Of a stretch of 64,000 bases of DNA, positions 1-14,087 are shown one piece after another. Every line of letters starts with the position of its first letter. The stretch's first letter is position 1. The notes below the pieces were generated by a model that was given only the letters and a program-made list of their open reading frames with translations, had not been told where the DNA came from and did not search any database. The DNA is taken from assembly GCA_964188305.1 (NCBI GenBank), contig OZ076901.1; one strand, given 5' to 3'. The stretch comes from Podarcis bocagei (taxonomy: Eukaryota). Both the position numbers and the translations under genes were made by a program.

Positions 1-329
1 GCCCTGGCTGGCTGCCTTCCCTGGGAGGAGGAGGTGGAGGCAAAGGCCCCAGGGCTGGCTGGGAGTGGGCAGCCTCCCCTTCCTCCAGGACACGTGGCTG
101 GCATGGCTGGCCCACCTGCAGCTTGTCTGCAGATGGGACTTAACCTGCCCGTGGTCCTGAGGGTCCTGAGCCTCTGTCCACCGGAAGGAAGTGCTAGATA
201 GGGGAAGTGGAACGCAGGCAGGGTGGTTTTTTGACTGCCTGGTGATGCAGGCAGTCAAATTCTGGTGCAATTCTGGTGCTAAACATGATGCAGACGTGTT
301 CACTGTTTACCACCCCTCCCTCCCTCTCT

Positions 330-332
<3 letters not shown>

Positions 333-407
<75 letters not shown>
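333..407. repeat. Compound (TC)n(AC)n microsatellite
   Basis: Seen directly. Confidence 0.97.
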
Positions 408-408
<1 letters not shown>

Positions 409-647
409 TTTGTGCCAGGATCTTACATGCCTTTCTTGCATCTTGGATTGGGTAAAAGCAAATAAACGTAACGTTTAAAAATAGTACCGTTAGGCGTCTT
501 TCTGAAGCAAACAAGTGTAAATTCTGCAGTATTTATTCAAACAAGAATTATAAACATTCCCATCATCACTGGAGACAGAGCTGTGAGGCCCAAAGGGCAC
601 CCAAAGGCACATTGTTTTGTTGGGGTGGGGTGGAGAGATATGGGGAG

Positions 648-714
648 GGAAGGAAGGAAGGAAGGAAGGAAGGAAGGAAGGAAGGAAGGAAGGAAGGAAG
701 GAAGGAAGGAAGGA
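648..714. repeat. (GGAA)n microsatellite
   Basis: Seen directly. Confidence 0.97.
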
Positions 715-3700
715 GGGCCTTTTGGACACACACAACCCGGGTTTCCCTTTCCAAAGTAGAAGGAACTTGGGCATATAGAGAAGAAGTTCAGGCTGCTGCA
801 GCCTCAGGAATTTCCTTCCCTGGTTCTGCTGGACCACAAGCAGTGATGCCGGGCAGAGGGGAGCTTGCCTGCTCCCCAACAGCGACCCCCTTCCACACCC
901 CATAGAAAGGGGTCCTGCTTTCCACCAGCCCCAGAGGCAATTTCCTCCAGAGGCAGAATTGACAACAGAGATGGAGGAGGCTGAGCCAGAAGACCCTAAC
1001 CCCCTTCAGAGGATAAGCTGGCCAGCTCCACTGCTCCAGTCAAACCATTCGCTGGCCTTTGGAAATCTCTACAGGGCCCCTCCCTCACCCAGACAGAGGC
1101 AGGCACCCACTCCTCAGCTGCCAGGAGTTTCACGGGGCGTGGCAATGGCACCATTGCCCCAGGGGGTCCCTGCCCTGGCTGGCAAAGAGGCCCCACGTCA
1201 CTCTCGCCTGGCTGGGGCAGCCTTGCATCCAGGCCAGGGGTCAAGAGGACGGGTGGGCAGCCAGGGAGCCCTTCCAAGGTGCCTGGGCCACCCTGCTCCC
1301 TCCCTCCCTGCTTGTTGCTCTGGCCGCCCACTAGGCAAAGCTCCCCTTCCGACTGCAAGACTGAGCATGTCTCAGGAGTCGACTTCCTCCTGGTGCGCAA
1401 GCCCAGGCCGAGGGCAACAAGAGGAAAGGCAGCAGCAAGCTTTCTCCAGGCCAGCTTCCCCATTGACTGGCAAGCGCTTCTGCTTCCAACTTCCCTTGTC
1501 TTGCTGCCCTGCCCCTCGGGCTGGGACTTAGGAGGGGGGCTGTGGGTGTCGCTCAGCCCCCCAAAGGCACCTGAAGGTAAGAGGCCCCAGTGCCCCCAGA
1601 GGGTCCTCCTTCAACACCCTTCGGAAGGCTTTTTCGACTGTTTAATGGATTCACAATTCCCCCCCCCCTTGCAACACATACAGAGCAAGGAGACAGGGTA
1701 ACCCAGAACTGTCCCAGGGGCTGCAGCTGAGCAAATGGCTCAGGCCTGTTTGTAAGGGCAGGGCTAGCTTCCTTGGAGGTAGGCTGTGTCTGGGGAGACT
1801 CAGGGGCCGGCCGGCCCTGACAAGGCTCCTATGATAAGGGAAGCTGGAGGAGGAACATTGCCTGAGGCAGAGTCCATGGCCCAGGATAGAGAGGGGGGTC
1901 ACCTGAGGATGATGAAGGCTCCCCCTCCACGCCAGTCCACCCAGGAGGGGCCCTTGAGGCACACCAGGCCTAGCTTTCCTGGGTCCCTGCAGGACTGGGG
2001 GGGACGACGACTCCAGAGCCTCACGGCTTGTGGGCTCCCCTCCCCATGTCCTGATCCAGCCAAGAAATAGGCTCCCTCCCCACACCAGATCCAGGAGCCC
2101 CACAGAGAAAACCTCCTGAGCTTTGTGGCCACATTGACACCCCCCCACACCTCCTCCCAAGTCCAGGTCTGCCCCTGCAGGACAGGGCCACAGGGAGGGG
2201 CATCAGCCGGAGGCCAGGATCAACCCCCAGGAGACCCATGGAGGAAATTCCTGCCCCTCCTCGCCCTCTCCCCACCGCAGAAGAGCCTTACCACAGCCCT
2301 GAACTTCATGGCTGCCCCTGGCCAGAGTCACGGGCCTCGCTTCTCAAAGCAGGGATCCAAAGGAGGTTGCCTCTACTCTCTGCCGCCTCTCTCCTCCCGG
2401 CAGCATCGCCCTGGGCCCTCCAGAAGGCCTTCCCTCATCGCCAGCAGTAGCCGCCGCCGCAGCAGAAGCCCCCCTCCTGGCTCCACGGTGAGCAATGGGC
2501 AGCAGAGGCAGGCGGGCAGGCGAGTGGGCACACCCTAAATCACAAGCTGCAGCAAAAGCCTCTGCCGGCTGCCTTGGATGAATAGTTCCCTCTCAGCAGG
2601 CAAGAGGGAGAGAAAAGGAATCCAAGTGGCTGGGAAAGTTGGGCCCGAGCCCAGCACTCCTCATAAAAAGCCACAAGGAGGGGGGAGGGAGGGAGGCAGG
2701 GAGGATGGCAGCCCAGCTTGGCTCCCAGAGGAGGGCGGCAATGGGGGGATGCCCAGGCAAGGTCGCCCAGGAGGGAGGAGCAGGCGGCCACAGCCATGGG
2801 GCAGTGTGAGAAACGCATATAAGCTAGGGGCTAATGGCACCTTGAATTCTGGGCACCCAGAAGTCTCCACATAGTTGCAAACTGACCCACAGCAGGAGCA
2901 AAAGGTGCCTGGCGCATTTCGAAGACTTCTGTGAGGAAACCCACCGAAAGGCAACGACTTAGCCTTTGCCGCCTTCTTTCCCCAAAGTTCACAATGTCCT
3001 GCACACACTTTCCTACACCTTGGCCCTCTGGGCAACAACACCCTGTGAGCATCACACACTCACAAAGCACGAGGGGCTGGGGGAGACCTGGGGCCCACCC
3101 TGCCAGCAGGAATTTGCATGGGGGCTTCCAGATGGGGGGCTGTGCTGGCTCTCCTGCTGCGCCATCACACCTCCTCTGGATCTCCACATGGCCAAGCCTC
3201 TGGGAAACAGGGGGGGGGGGAGGGCAGCAAAGGCAACCGAGGGGGTCTTCTTCAGCAGTCTCTTCTTTGCCCGGGGGGCGGGCGGTGACGGACAGCTGCA
3301 TGGCTCCCCTTGGCCGTGGTCGGATCCCGGCCTTCCTGGCCAGACTTGCTCTACTCAGTTGATAAGCACCTGTTACCCAGCAGGCCTGGAAGGGGTCAGG
3401 TGGAGTCTCTCCCTGGGGTGGGTGAGGGGGCGAGGCTCTGCCAGCTGCGCCACCAGCCAAGCATCTCATGTTGCATGCCACAAAGGGCAGGATTCAGAAG
3501 GGGCAGAAGGGCCTTGGGATCCTCGTCTGTCTGTCTGTCTGTCCCGACTCAGGATTGCCACGCTCACACCTGAGAGATCAATCGGTCAACTGGTTGTCCG
3601 TCCCCCCACTGCTTTGCCAGGATAAGCCCTTTGTATCCTAACCCCACAGCTGCTTGAGAAATGGAGGCCACAAGGGAAGGGAGGGGTGGCACCCTTAGGT

Positions 3701-5114
3701 GGGGCGGGACAGCCTCCCATGTGGCCAAAAGCAGCCCGGCAGCCCCCAGGAGGGTGAGCAGGAGCCCCTCAGTCACCCTGGGCCTCCCTCCCAGGCACAG
3801 GCAGCGGGTGGAGGCAGAGTGTCTCTCCACAGGGAGCTTTGGGAGGAGAAGTGCCCCAAACAGGCCAGTCAAAGGGGTTTGCTGGCTCTCAGCTGCCCAG
3901 TTCCCTGAGGCCTGTGAGTAGGCATACACATCCGGATCAAAGTCAGCCCCGCTTCCATATACAACAGAGGTGCACAGCATCTGGTGCTAAAAGGCATTCA
4001 GGGTGAGGAAGACCGGGGACAGGCGGGTGGTGGAGTCCAGAGCCCATGCGGAACAAAATGTCACATTGGTGCCCCTTGCACCGGACCCTGCTTTGTTGTT
4101 TGTTGTTGTGCCTTGATCCCCCTCGCCACCCCCAGCAGCCGCGCAGACCCCCGGCTCAGCCCAGTCGCCTGCGGAGCTTCTCCCTCTCCTGCCAGATGTG
4201 GCACTGAGGAGAAAGAGCTGGATTCTGCTCAGCCAAAGCCTCTCCTCCTCCAAGCAGCCAGGCCGTCATTTTCCTTTTAAGGAGAAAATATGTTTTCACG
4301 GGGAAAGTTCAGTGTCCAGAGCCTGCGGTTGCTGGAATCCTCCACTGCTGGAAATGCCTCCTCCCTCAAGAGGCTCCGGAGAGCGGAAAGACTCTGGGGT
4401 CCCCTCCTGCGCCCCCCCTGCCCCACTTGAGGCGTTGGGCTGATGCAGGCCCTGGTCCTGAGCCGCAGCAATAGGGCAAGAATGCCCTGCAGACGGGGCC
4501 TCCCCACGGTAGAGAAGGCTCTGCTCCTCTGCCCAAAGTCAAAAATCAAACCTGCTACCTGGCTGCTCTGTGGCGGCTGCTGCAAAGGACGTAAGGTGGG
4601 GAGGACGGGCAGGGCCTGCCCCCTCCATCCAGGGTCCCCTCGGGGACACCAGATAGGAAGTGAGAGAAGTGCCGCTTGCAGCCCTCCATTTTTTAACGGA
4701 GGAAACAGGATTTCCTCTGGATGACTCCCCCAGCAGAATCCCAGGGAAAAGCTTCTAAGAATAGGAAATGACTGTATAAGGGCAGATTTGCACTGGGTGC
4801 CTGGCAGTTTGGGAGGGGAACTGAGGAGAGCAGCTTTGCTGCTGCAACACAAACACACACAGAGAGAGGCAGGATCTGTCCAGGAGGGAGGAACTGGCCA
4901 CTTTTCAGCAGCTTCTTTGCTTTGCACAGATTCAAGGGCACTTAGGCGGCAGCTCTTTTCCTCCCGCTCAGCAATGCTTTTGTCTAGGGCTAAGCACCTT
5001 GCTCTGACCCCCTGCAAAGCCAGGGTGCTTCCTGACATCTTTCCCTTGGGCCTCTTCCACACCTGCTCCACATGCCAAAGGTCCCGAATGGCAGAGCCAG
5101 CCCTCCCTCTCCAC

Positions 5115-5141
5115 CACACACACACACACACACACACACAC
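5115..5141. repeat. (CA)n microsatellite
   Basis: Seen directly. Confidence 0.95.
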
Positions 5142-8100
5142 CCCACTCCCAGCAAAAGCTGAAAGAGGACGCCTCTCCCACAGAGCACTGGGGCCAGGGA
5201 AGTCCTCCTGGGGCCCCAGTGGGGCAGAGGAGGAGGACCAGTTGCCCCCCAACAACAGGCCCCCCTTTTCCCTGACAGGGACTCAGTACCTGCAACCCTG
5301 TACAAAAGAGCAGTCCCAGCTGCTGCTGCTCAGAGCCAGTCTGTGAAAACTAATTAATTGGAAGGGGAAAAGCCCTCGCCCAAACCCGTCCTGGGGGGCC
5401 CCTGACAATGAACAGAGAGCGCTGATCAGGCGTCCCTCGTGGCTCCTGGCAGGTTGGCACAACGTCCCAGCTCTGAGCCCAGGCGCTGAGCACGCCGCCT
5501 GCCCTGTTGATGCCTGACGCCCAGCCCCAGGAGGCGCTTAATGGCTTGTTTGTTCAGCTCCAGACACAGGCCTCTCCCAACGCAGAGGGGGGCGGCATGG
5601 TCGTGCCACCCCCAGCCTCACGCCCAGGGAGGGGCGCCCCAGGAAGGCTCGTGCTTCTCTGGCTGCTTGTTGCAAGGAACGACAACGAGGTCCAGATCCT
5701 GCTGCTCCCAGGGGCTCCCAGGAGCCATTGTGGGCTCCAGGAGGAGCAGAGGCAGGCAGGCAGCTGGGAGGCAGCTGGGGGATGCCACTGGCAGACCAGG
5801 GCCAATTACTGATTTGCTGCCGATTCCCACACAAGGCCCCTGGGAATTAAGGGAACGGGAAAGCCTGTGGAGGAGGCAGGGAGGTGGCGAAATGCAGCAG
5901 CTGCTCCTACCCCCCTTCCTGTGGCCCCTGAGGACCTCCTTCCCCAGGAGCAGCCATGGGGACAAGGGGCTCTACTGGGGGCTGGGTGGGACCAGGAGGC
6001 CCCAAAAAGCCACCCTTCAAATTGCCTGATGGCCAGGTCATTTCCAGGCCCCATTCAAGGGGTTTGCATGGCGTTTGAAGCAGTGAAAGACTTAGGCCTT
6101 AAATATCTGGGAGGCCACCTCCTGACCCTCTTGGGGAGGAGCAAGATCAGGGGAGGGGGGCCTTCTTGGTAACCCCACTGCCCTTGGATGTTGGGGGGTG
6201 GTGGAAAAAGGCATTCTCTGTGCCAGCCCCCTTAGGGAGGGACGTGGCCCCGGGGGAGGGGACCTGTCCTGCATGCAGAAGGCACCAGGCTCTGCCCCCA
6301 GAGGCATCTCCAGGGAGGGCTGGGAGAGAGAGTCCTGCCTGAAGCACTAGTGATGGCGCCACGGCTACCAGTCCGTGCAGGTAATACTGAGCTGGGTGGC
6401 CAGCTTCCCTTGCTCCCTTTCCGCAGAGGTGCAGATATCTGGCACCTTCATTGGACAGTGTGCTGAAGATGCGCCTCTGCACCCTGGCCTTGAACACTCG
6501 AGATGCGTGTTTTTAGAACCCGGCCTATTCTTGCAATTGTAATTTGTTTTAATCTGTTTTTATTCTTGTGTTTTAAATTCTTGTAACCCACCCTGGGACC
6601 TTAGAAGAACGCAAGAGCCTGCTGGACCAGGGCGGCGGCCCCAATGGGAAGCCCAAAAAGAGGCCCTGAGAGCAAGAGCCCTCCCCTGCAATAGGACTCT
6701 GGCGAAGCACTGCTGCCTCCCTCTGTGGAGGAAGAGCACAGCCATCCGTAGCCTTTCCCCCCTTGTATTCCTCTAATCCTCCTTTAAGGCTGTTTGTCTA
6801 ATCCTCTTTTAAAGAGCAGGTAATAAAGTGAATAAACAATAAGCTACAGAAATGTTCATCCCATGGGGATCAGTCAGGGGAGCCAAGGAGAAGGCCCCCA
6901 GCCTCTCCCAGCAGATGGGTGTGGGAAACGCACCTTGAAACAGCCCAGATCCTCCCCTCTTCCAGTAAGCAAACATGGATGGCTCGCCCAGGCCCTCCTG
7001 GCTCTTGCTGCTGCTTCTCTGAGGAGATGGCACCTTTGCACGCCCTCAAGTTTGGAGGAGTTCCCCTCTCTCTGTCTCCCTCTCCACAACCTGGGACTGC
7101 TCAGCACCTGCCCAGGAAGCGAGGCCTGCCGCCAGAGCTCTCCAAATTCCTCTTCCTAGGAAGGCTCCCCTTATTGGTGCTGCTGGCCAAACACTCGTGA
7201 CTCATTCTTTATTGCAGGATCCCAGCCAAGGCACCCGGAGCAGAACAAACACGTCTCTGGGGACCAGAGTGCCAAGGCAGTGCCCTACCCAGACAAGGCG
7301 AGGTTCGCCCTGCCGTCTCGTGAACTCTGAAATGCTGAAACCTCCTCGGAACAAGCACCACCAAGTCCTGCGGGGGCTTTTCTTACTCAACGTGGCTCGG
7401 CGGGAAGTGTCTGCTTGCCATGCAAAAGGTCCAGGCCCAGTGGCGTCCCAGGCAGGGCAGCCAGCAACCTGGAGAGCCACCAGGCAGCCAGCCAGAGGGA
7501 CCAAAGGTCTGACCGAGGCAGCTTCCTGCCCTCAGCAGCTGGGGTGTGGCTGCAGTTCTGCTCCACCACGCCAGCCTCTTTCCATCATCATTCCTTTCAG
7601 ATTGTGCGTCTGCTTGACTTTAAGTCCCAGATAAAGAACCAAGCTGAGCTGTTCGGCTGCCTTGCTGCCAGCTCTGTCTGGCCAAATAAAACCAGGTCCC
7701 CTTCCAATTCTGCTTGTGTGTCCCCCCATCTCACATTACACAAAATGCAGAAACCAAAATGATCTCAGTCAACCATCACACGTCCCCTGCTAAATCAGGG
7801 ATGGGAAATCGGCAGACTGTCAGATGTTGCTGGACTCCAACTCACATCACGGCCAAAGATGATGGGAACTGTAGTCTGACCAGCATTCAAAACTTGTCAG
7901 GCGCTGGGCACATTTCGTGCCTGGCACAGGTCCAATTGCAAACAAGTGAAGATGCCTTGTTACCAGGTTTCATGGCTGACATTGCCACCATCTGGCTGGT
8001 GTGCAGCAGTTTTCTGCTCCTGCATGCTCACGCATCAAAAGACATTGCTGCATGCCAGCCAGCCTGCCAATCTGTGGTGATGTCTTGTTGCTATAATAAA

Positions 8101-8272
8101 CTTCATTGGGGGAAAAGGCAACTGGACAGTGCATTGTGGTGACTGTAACTAGGGTTTGAAATTAGCAGAGCGCCAGGCGCATTTTGCGCCTAAAGATTCT
8201 CCATTTGCGAGCACCTCATAAAGTCTGGGTGCCATTTTTGCGCCTGGATGACACTCCAGGATTCCTGAAATG

Positions 8273-8535
8273 TACCGTAGTTTTCGCTCTATAAGAAGCA
8301 CCAGACCACAAGACGCACCTAGTTTTTGGAGGAGGAAAACAAGAAAAAAAATCTTCTGAATCTCAGAAGCCAGAACAGCAAGAGGAATCGCTACGCAGTG
8401 AAATCAGCAATCCCTCTTGCTGTTCTGGCTTCTGGGATAGCTGCGCAGCCTGCATTCGCTCCATAAGACGCACACACATTTCCCCTTACTTTTTAGGAGG
8501 GAAAAAGTGAGTCTTATAAAGCAAAAAATACGGTA
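8273..8535. mobile_element. Tc1/Mariner-type MITE
   Basis: TA-flanked TIRs ta|ccgtagttttcgctctataag ... cttataaagcaaaaaatacgg|ta. Confidence 0.85.
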
Positions 8536-10173
8536 GTTGCTTTGAAGCATTGAAGCATACGTTAAGTATAGACAATACGTTAAGGAGTTTAACAATAGAG
8601 TAGAGTGTTTTGAAAACTTAAGTATGGTCCCAATACTTATATCGTCAACACCAAATTAAACATGCATTAACAGTGTTGCTGACCCCCCCCCCAGTGGTGA
8701 CTAGACATTCTGTTTTAACACCCACAACCCAGGTCTCAGAAATCATTTGGCTCCTAACTCTCCTATCCCAGTTTCTCACATTGACCATAACCTAGATTCA
8801 AGGTGCCATTTGGCGATAAGCTTATCTACCTGAGTTTCTAATCCTGCACCCCGACACTACAGATCTGCTTTGCACCCACGATATATACACGCATGAAAGG
8901 CTCAGGGAGCTACGGACACTTCTGATCCCAGAGGCTGGACCCACAATTGCAACAGCCCCCTGCACCTTTGCCGCTGTCCTTACAGAGGCGCTGGGGAGTG
9001 GGGCAATCCTGCAGCGCCTTCTCCAGGAAGTGTTATGGGGCAAGGCGGAGGGGGGGGGGGAGCCCTGCCTGGGCTGCAGACTGAGATGGCAGCTCTGCTT
9101 CCAGCCTGTCATGGCAAGCCCCCCCTCCGCACAAGTCAGGCCCATGGAATGAATGGAATGCAGTTTGTGTCGAGATCTGGCGAGGGTGGGAAAGAGGGAG
9201 AGAGCTGACTTCAGTCCTACTTTCCGCAGTGGGGAGGAGTGGCAATGCCAGCGTGTGGAGAATCTTGCTGAAATTCCTCTCTTGCACGGGACCCAAGTGG
9301 GGGAGAGGAGCAAGGGAGGGAAGAAAGAAAGCACGCAGGGCCCTCCGCAACAAAGCTGGCAAGGAGAGGAGAGCAGGAAGCACCCAGGGACAAAATGTCA
9401 GGAGGGAGGCTCTCGTGCTCCCAGAGCCCTGAGTGCCTGGAACAAGACACAGCTGCTGGTTCTTCCTGCCATCCCCACATGCAGGGAGAAGGGCCTGGGT
9501 GGGGGAAGCTGGAAACCTCCTTTGTCCAGGGAGGAGCACAGGAACCCACCAGCCTCACAGGTCCCAAGCCCTGAATCCCTACAATTCAAACTCCAAGGCA
9601 GTAAGTGGGACCCAATTCCCAGGGCTGCGCTGAGTTGCAGGCCGGGAAAAGCCTGGGATTTGGAATGTTTTATGTCCTGTATGAATATGATTTCTATTCT
9701 TAGCAGCCTTTCCCCTCAAGAACCTTCTTTCTCTCTCAGCAGAAGAATCTCCCTTGCCAAATATAAAAGTGTCTAAAGTGGTCTTGTTCCAGAGGACTTC
9801 AGCCTCACCCCCACCCCACCCAGGAATTTCCCATGCCCCCTTCAGCTGCCACTCCCAGCAAACAACCCACAGATGTGGGTCCAAGCCCCACCCCAGAGGG
9901 CAGATGGTCCTTCTCTCTCTGACATGCCGCATTCTCATCCCACAAGCTGGGGGGAGAGGGGGGCAAGGCCAGCCAGGGACAGGCGACTTCCTAAGGAGCC
10001 ACTCAAGCCAGCTGGAAGGTTTGCTCTTGACAGAGCGCACACAGGGATCCCAGAAACCTTCCTGGGCATAATGATGGCGAGGGCTCATTCAGGCACCTTC
10101 AGTTTGCAGCATGTTCATGATTATTGCCTGGAATAAACAATGTCTTGTTTTGCTTCTCAAAGGCACCAAAGGA

Positions 10174-11400
10174 TAAGAACAGAAGAAGAGTCTGCTGGGC
10201 CAGGCCAAGAGCCCATCTAGTGCAACAAACTGCTCTCACAGGGGGCCAACCAGATGCCCATTGTGGGAAGCCCCCAAGCAGGATCCAAGCACAAAACCCT
10301 CTCCCCGCCCGCAATTTCTAGCAACTGGTATTCAGAAGCATCACTGCCTCTGACCGTGGAGGGAGAACACAGCCTTCCTGGCCAGTAGATACTGATAGCC
10401 TCCTCCTCCTCCATGCATCTGTCCAAGCCTCTTTTAAAGCTGCCCACATTGGTGGCTACCCCTGCCTCCTGCAGGAGCGAGTTCCACAGGTTAACCATGT
10501 GGCTTGTGAAGGACTTTCTCTTGTCTTCTCCAATTCACTGGATGTCCACAAGTCCTTGTACCACGGGGGGGGGGGGGGGGGAGGAGAAAAACCTCTTTTG
10601 CCAAAATGCAAAACGTCCCATCATGTCCTGCCTCACTCACTTATCTAAACCAAAAAGCCCCCCCCCCCCAAAGTTGTAACCTGCCCTGATAGAGGAGTCT
10701 CTCCACACACACCCTGTTCATTTTGGTGCCCCCCTCTCCTTTTAAAATCACTGTTCATTGTTATTACCTGCACAGCCCAGTTTGAGCCCACGGCATTTCA
10801 CAACAAAACATCCCCCTGGCCTTCAGTTTTGGAGACCCCAATGTGAGACTAGCATTTCCCTTACTGCAGGAGCATATTGCTTTGTGACAGAAGGCAAAAA
10901 ACAAAACACAGGTGATCATTTGTTGCACTATCCACAAGTTGGCAGATACCTTTGGGAGGGGGTCCCTCATTTCCAGGACTGTGTGCATAATAAAAGTTAT
11001 CCATAATAAACTCCACCACTCTCCACCAAATGTGTTTGGCTGCCTTCTTCTGAACCCTTTCCAGCCTGAAAATACCCTTTTTAAGGCAGGGCAACTGTAC
11101 ACCATATTCCAACTGTTTTGTATAATGGTACTGTGAAAGCGGGAGTTTCATTTTCAATCTCTTTCCTAATGGCCCAGGCATGGCATTTGCCTTGTTCACG
11201 GCTGCTGCTGCTGCACACTGGGGTCAACATCTTCATGGAGCTATTTGCTATGTCCCAAGGTTTCATTGCTGGTCAGCCGCTGCCAGTTCAGACGCCGTAA
11301 GTGTAGATGTGAAATTTAGATTATTATTTTTTTGCCCCAACATGCATCCCCTTCCACTTGCTTACAAGGAATTGCATTTCCCATTTTACTTCCCACCTGC
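10174..11400 (-). mobile_element. Degenerate CR1 LINE fragment
   Basis: Minus-strand remnants VNLWNSLLQE...SFKRGLDR and LERVQKKA; CR1-type 3' end near 10174. Confidence 0.8.
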
Positions 11401-14086
11401 TCAGTTGCGGGGAGGGGGGCGGAATCAGTGGGAAAGAAAAGTAGGAGAGAGGACTCTGCCTTGCACATCCTGCATAGAGAGAGATGGACCTGAAGGCTGA
11501 AGCACTCTGCATTTGAATCTCCACGCAGCCATCCTGGGGCGAACATGAACCAGGCACCTCCTCAGTCTAATCTACTCCACAGGATTGTTGTGAGAATAGG
11601 ATAAGCCTCTGCCTGCTCGCACACACGCTTACTGAAGGAAGAGCAGGGTGAATGAAAAAGCACCTGAGTTCAAGGAAGGGAGTGCTCACCAAGCTTTGTG
11701 TACAACCAGCCAGCGGGCTGCCCCTCCTTGTGGGAGATGTTGGCTCTGTTGTGACAAGCACTAGACAAGGACGCAAATAAATGTTAGGCTCCATCTGTTT
11801 AACCTGGGGAGGAAGGGAGGCTGGGAGGGCAGAGAGACCTGCAGAACTGCATCTGAATACGCACCAGCCTCTTTCCAGGATTAGAACGGCACCCTCCCTC
11901 TTGTATGAAGTGCTAACACTTCATTCTGCATTGTCTCAGGCACTCGGCACTCTCAGTGGTTCTTCATTGGGTGAGACTCAGGCAAGTGAAGAAAGGAAAG
12001 AGAATTGACCCAAAGGGCTCCAAAAGTGGTCATCCCCCCCCCCCTCAAAATGGCAGGGGGACAGGAGGCTCTGGGTGGGGAGAGGGGGCAGGAGGGGGGA
12101 GAAAGGAAGCCCTGTGCTTTTCAGGAGTGAAAGCTCTGCCCAGGCCCAGCTAAATGCCACCAAGAAGCCGAGAAGGACCTGAGATGCAGCAGGTGGTGTG
12201 GGAGCAAAGCACACAGCCCGGGATATAAAAGGCAGTTCAATCTAAAACCAATAATCCACTCCCTTGGAAAAGCCACCAGGCAGGACTCCTGCCAGGCCCT
12301 CTGGGGAGGCGAGGGGCGGGGCTGGCTCCAGGATGCGGGGAGGCCCCATGGAAGCCCTTTACCTGTCAACAGGATAAGGGCTTCCACCCAGAAGCTGCTC
12401 AACTGGCCCCATCAGCAGCCAGCGCTGCCTGTTTAAACGACAGAAGCCAGGAAATTAGCCAGGCTGCAGCTAAGCGAGTTAGAGGCACTGTAAGCTTGCT
12501 CTTATGTTATTAAACCAAGCTGGCCGGGGAAACAAAGGCTCAGAATGTGCAGGGCAGGCACGATTTCGGGGACACCAAGTCTGGCCAACAAAATGCATTT
12601 TTCCTGCACAAAGAATGGCTCAGGACTGACTGCACCGCACCAGCAGCACCAGCCACTGGTGGCGAAGGAAGCCCACCCAGAACTTCCAGCCAGGACTCCG
12701 CTCTCCTGGAGCAGCAAAGGCTTCCTGCTGGAACCACAGCAGAACAGGCTGCAGCTGAGACAGTCCCTCCCGCTGTGTCTCACTAGCAGAGTCACAGCTC
12801 CAAAGTCCTCCTGGGATAATCCATGAGCACCACGGAAGTGGGCAAGGCCTTCCTCTCTCAGCAGCAGCAGCGCTGCACCCAGGTGCCCCTCCCTCAGAGG
12901 CACCACAGAAAGCAGAATCCGCTTCTCCCAGCACTTCCGGCCAGGGCTGAGAAAAGAGTTCCATCGCTCTGTTCCCCTCCATCACATCCCGAGAAGCCAG
13001 CCATGGTAGTTTAGGTACCAGCTCTGCATCAGGCTGGCAGAAGCTTCAGACCTGCAAGCTGGCACCAGCATCCAATCTGCAAATGTTCTGGCAACCTGAC
13101 ATATGGGGTTTTTTCCCAGCCCAACTCACAAATGTAAGATAAGGGGTTTTTTTAAGTGCAGTGAATTCAAAAGCTGAAATCTGAACCAATACTGCTCTCC
13201 TCCATGCCACCCAATTTCTAAGGGGAGGGGGGGACTCTGCAGATCTCATCCATTTATCCAAGGCACAAATGGGTAGGGGGGAAGTGGAGAGAACCCATGC
13301 CTAAGAGCTTCTCATGCAGACACAGACTGCCATGCCCTTATCACACCTCCTTGGCTGAGACCCCCCAACCCTCCCTTCCACTGCGCTGCAACTGGGAGCC
13401 AGGAGACCTTCAAGCAGCCTCTGCAGAGGTCACCTGCTATGCTTCCTTTCCTCTTTGCATCAAGCCACTCTTGGCAGTGCTGATTGTGACTAAGAGCTTC
13501 CATAACACTCATAAGCAACAGGAAATCAGAGCCCAGCAGCTCAGCCCAGAAAGATTAGGTAGCCCACCCTGAGAACAAAAAAATCCCCTTTGGGGCAGTT
13601 CTTGACTTTCCGCCCAGAGTCCAGCTTCCCTGACCCAGCAGCTACTTCTGTAAGCCAGGTCAAAACCCTGGGGAAGGGGGGAGAGTGTGTCTGTGTGACT
13701 CCTCCTAAGGCCACGGGGTTTCCCTGTGATCACCAAGCACTGGAATGCAAAACGGAATATGAAAATGTAGACGGCTAAACCCTGAGCAGAGCAAGAATAC
13801 CTTCTCGTCTCCCAGGACGTCCACTAAGTAAGCATCCGGCCTGCCCTTGCAGCTGTGGATTTGCTGACCTCAGGTCACTGTTAATTAATGCCAAATTCAC
13901 TCCAAGGGCTCGGCCTGCTAACAACCTTGACAGAGACACAAGTTGCAAGACACCCATACAAAGGTGGCAGAGTCCAACTCATTTTCCTTTCCAAGGTCAC
14001 CGGAGGTTTCATCCCTTCTGGCTGACCCTCACCCTCACTCCCACTGCACTGAACAGCGACCCCAACTCTCACCAGGCACTTGGAAA

Positions 14087-14087
<1 letters not shown>

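Noticed and set aside
488-501. Possible 14-nt microexon (ttcag|AAAGACGCCTAACG|gtact) on the minus strand
   Set aside because: Not frame-preserving, weak donor, no homology.
4277-5305. 342-aa minus-strand ORF; its start YRVA resembles the nuclear myosin I exon MRYRAS
   Set aside because: TTG start, runs through a (TG)n microsatellite and has no domain. The YRVA frame meets the donor in phase 1, not phase 0. I could not locate a true MRYRAS-type exon in the window.
7387-7421. ATG...GA|gtaaga mini-exon, and a similar ATG...AG|gtaaag at ~12363-12412, as MYO1C first exons
   Set aside because: Both end in phase 2, incompatible with the phase-0 shared MYO1C exon; no other support.
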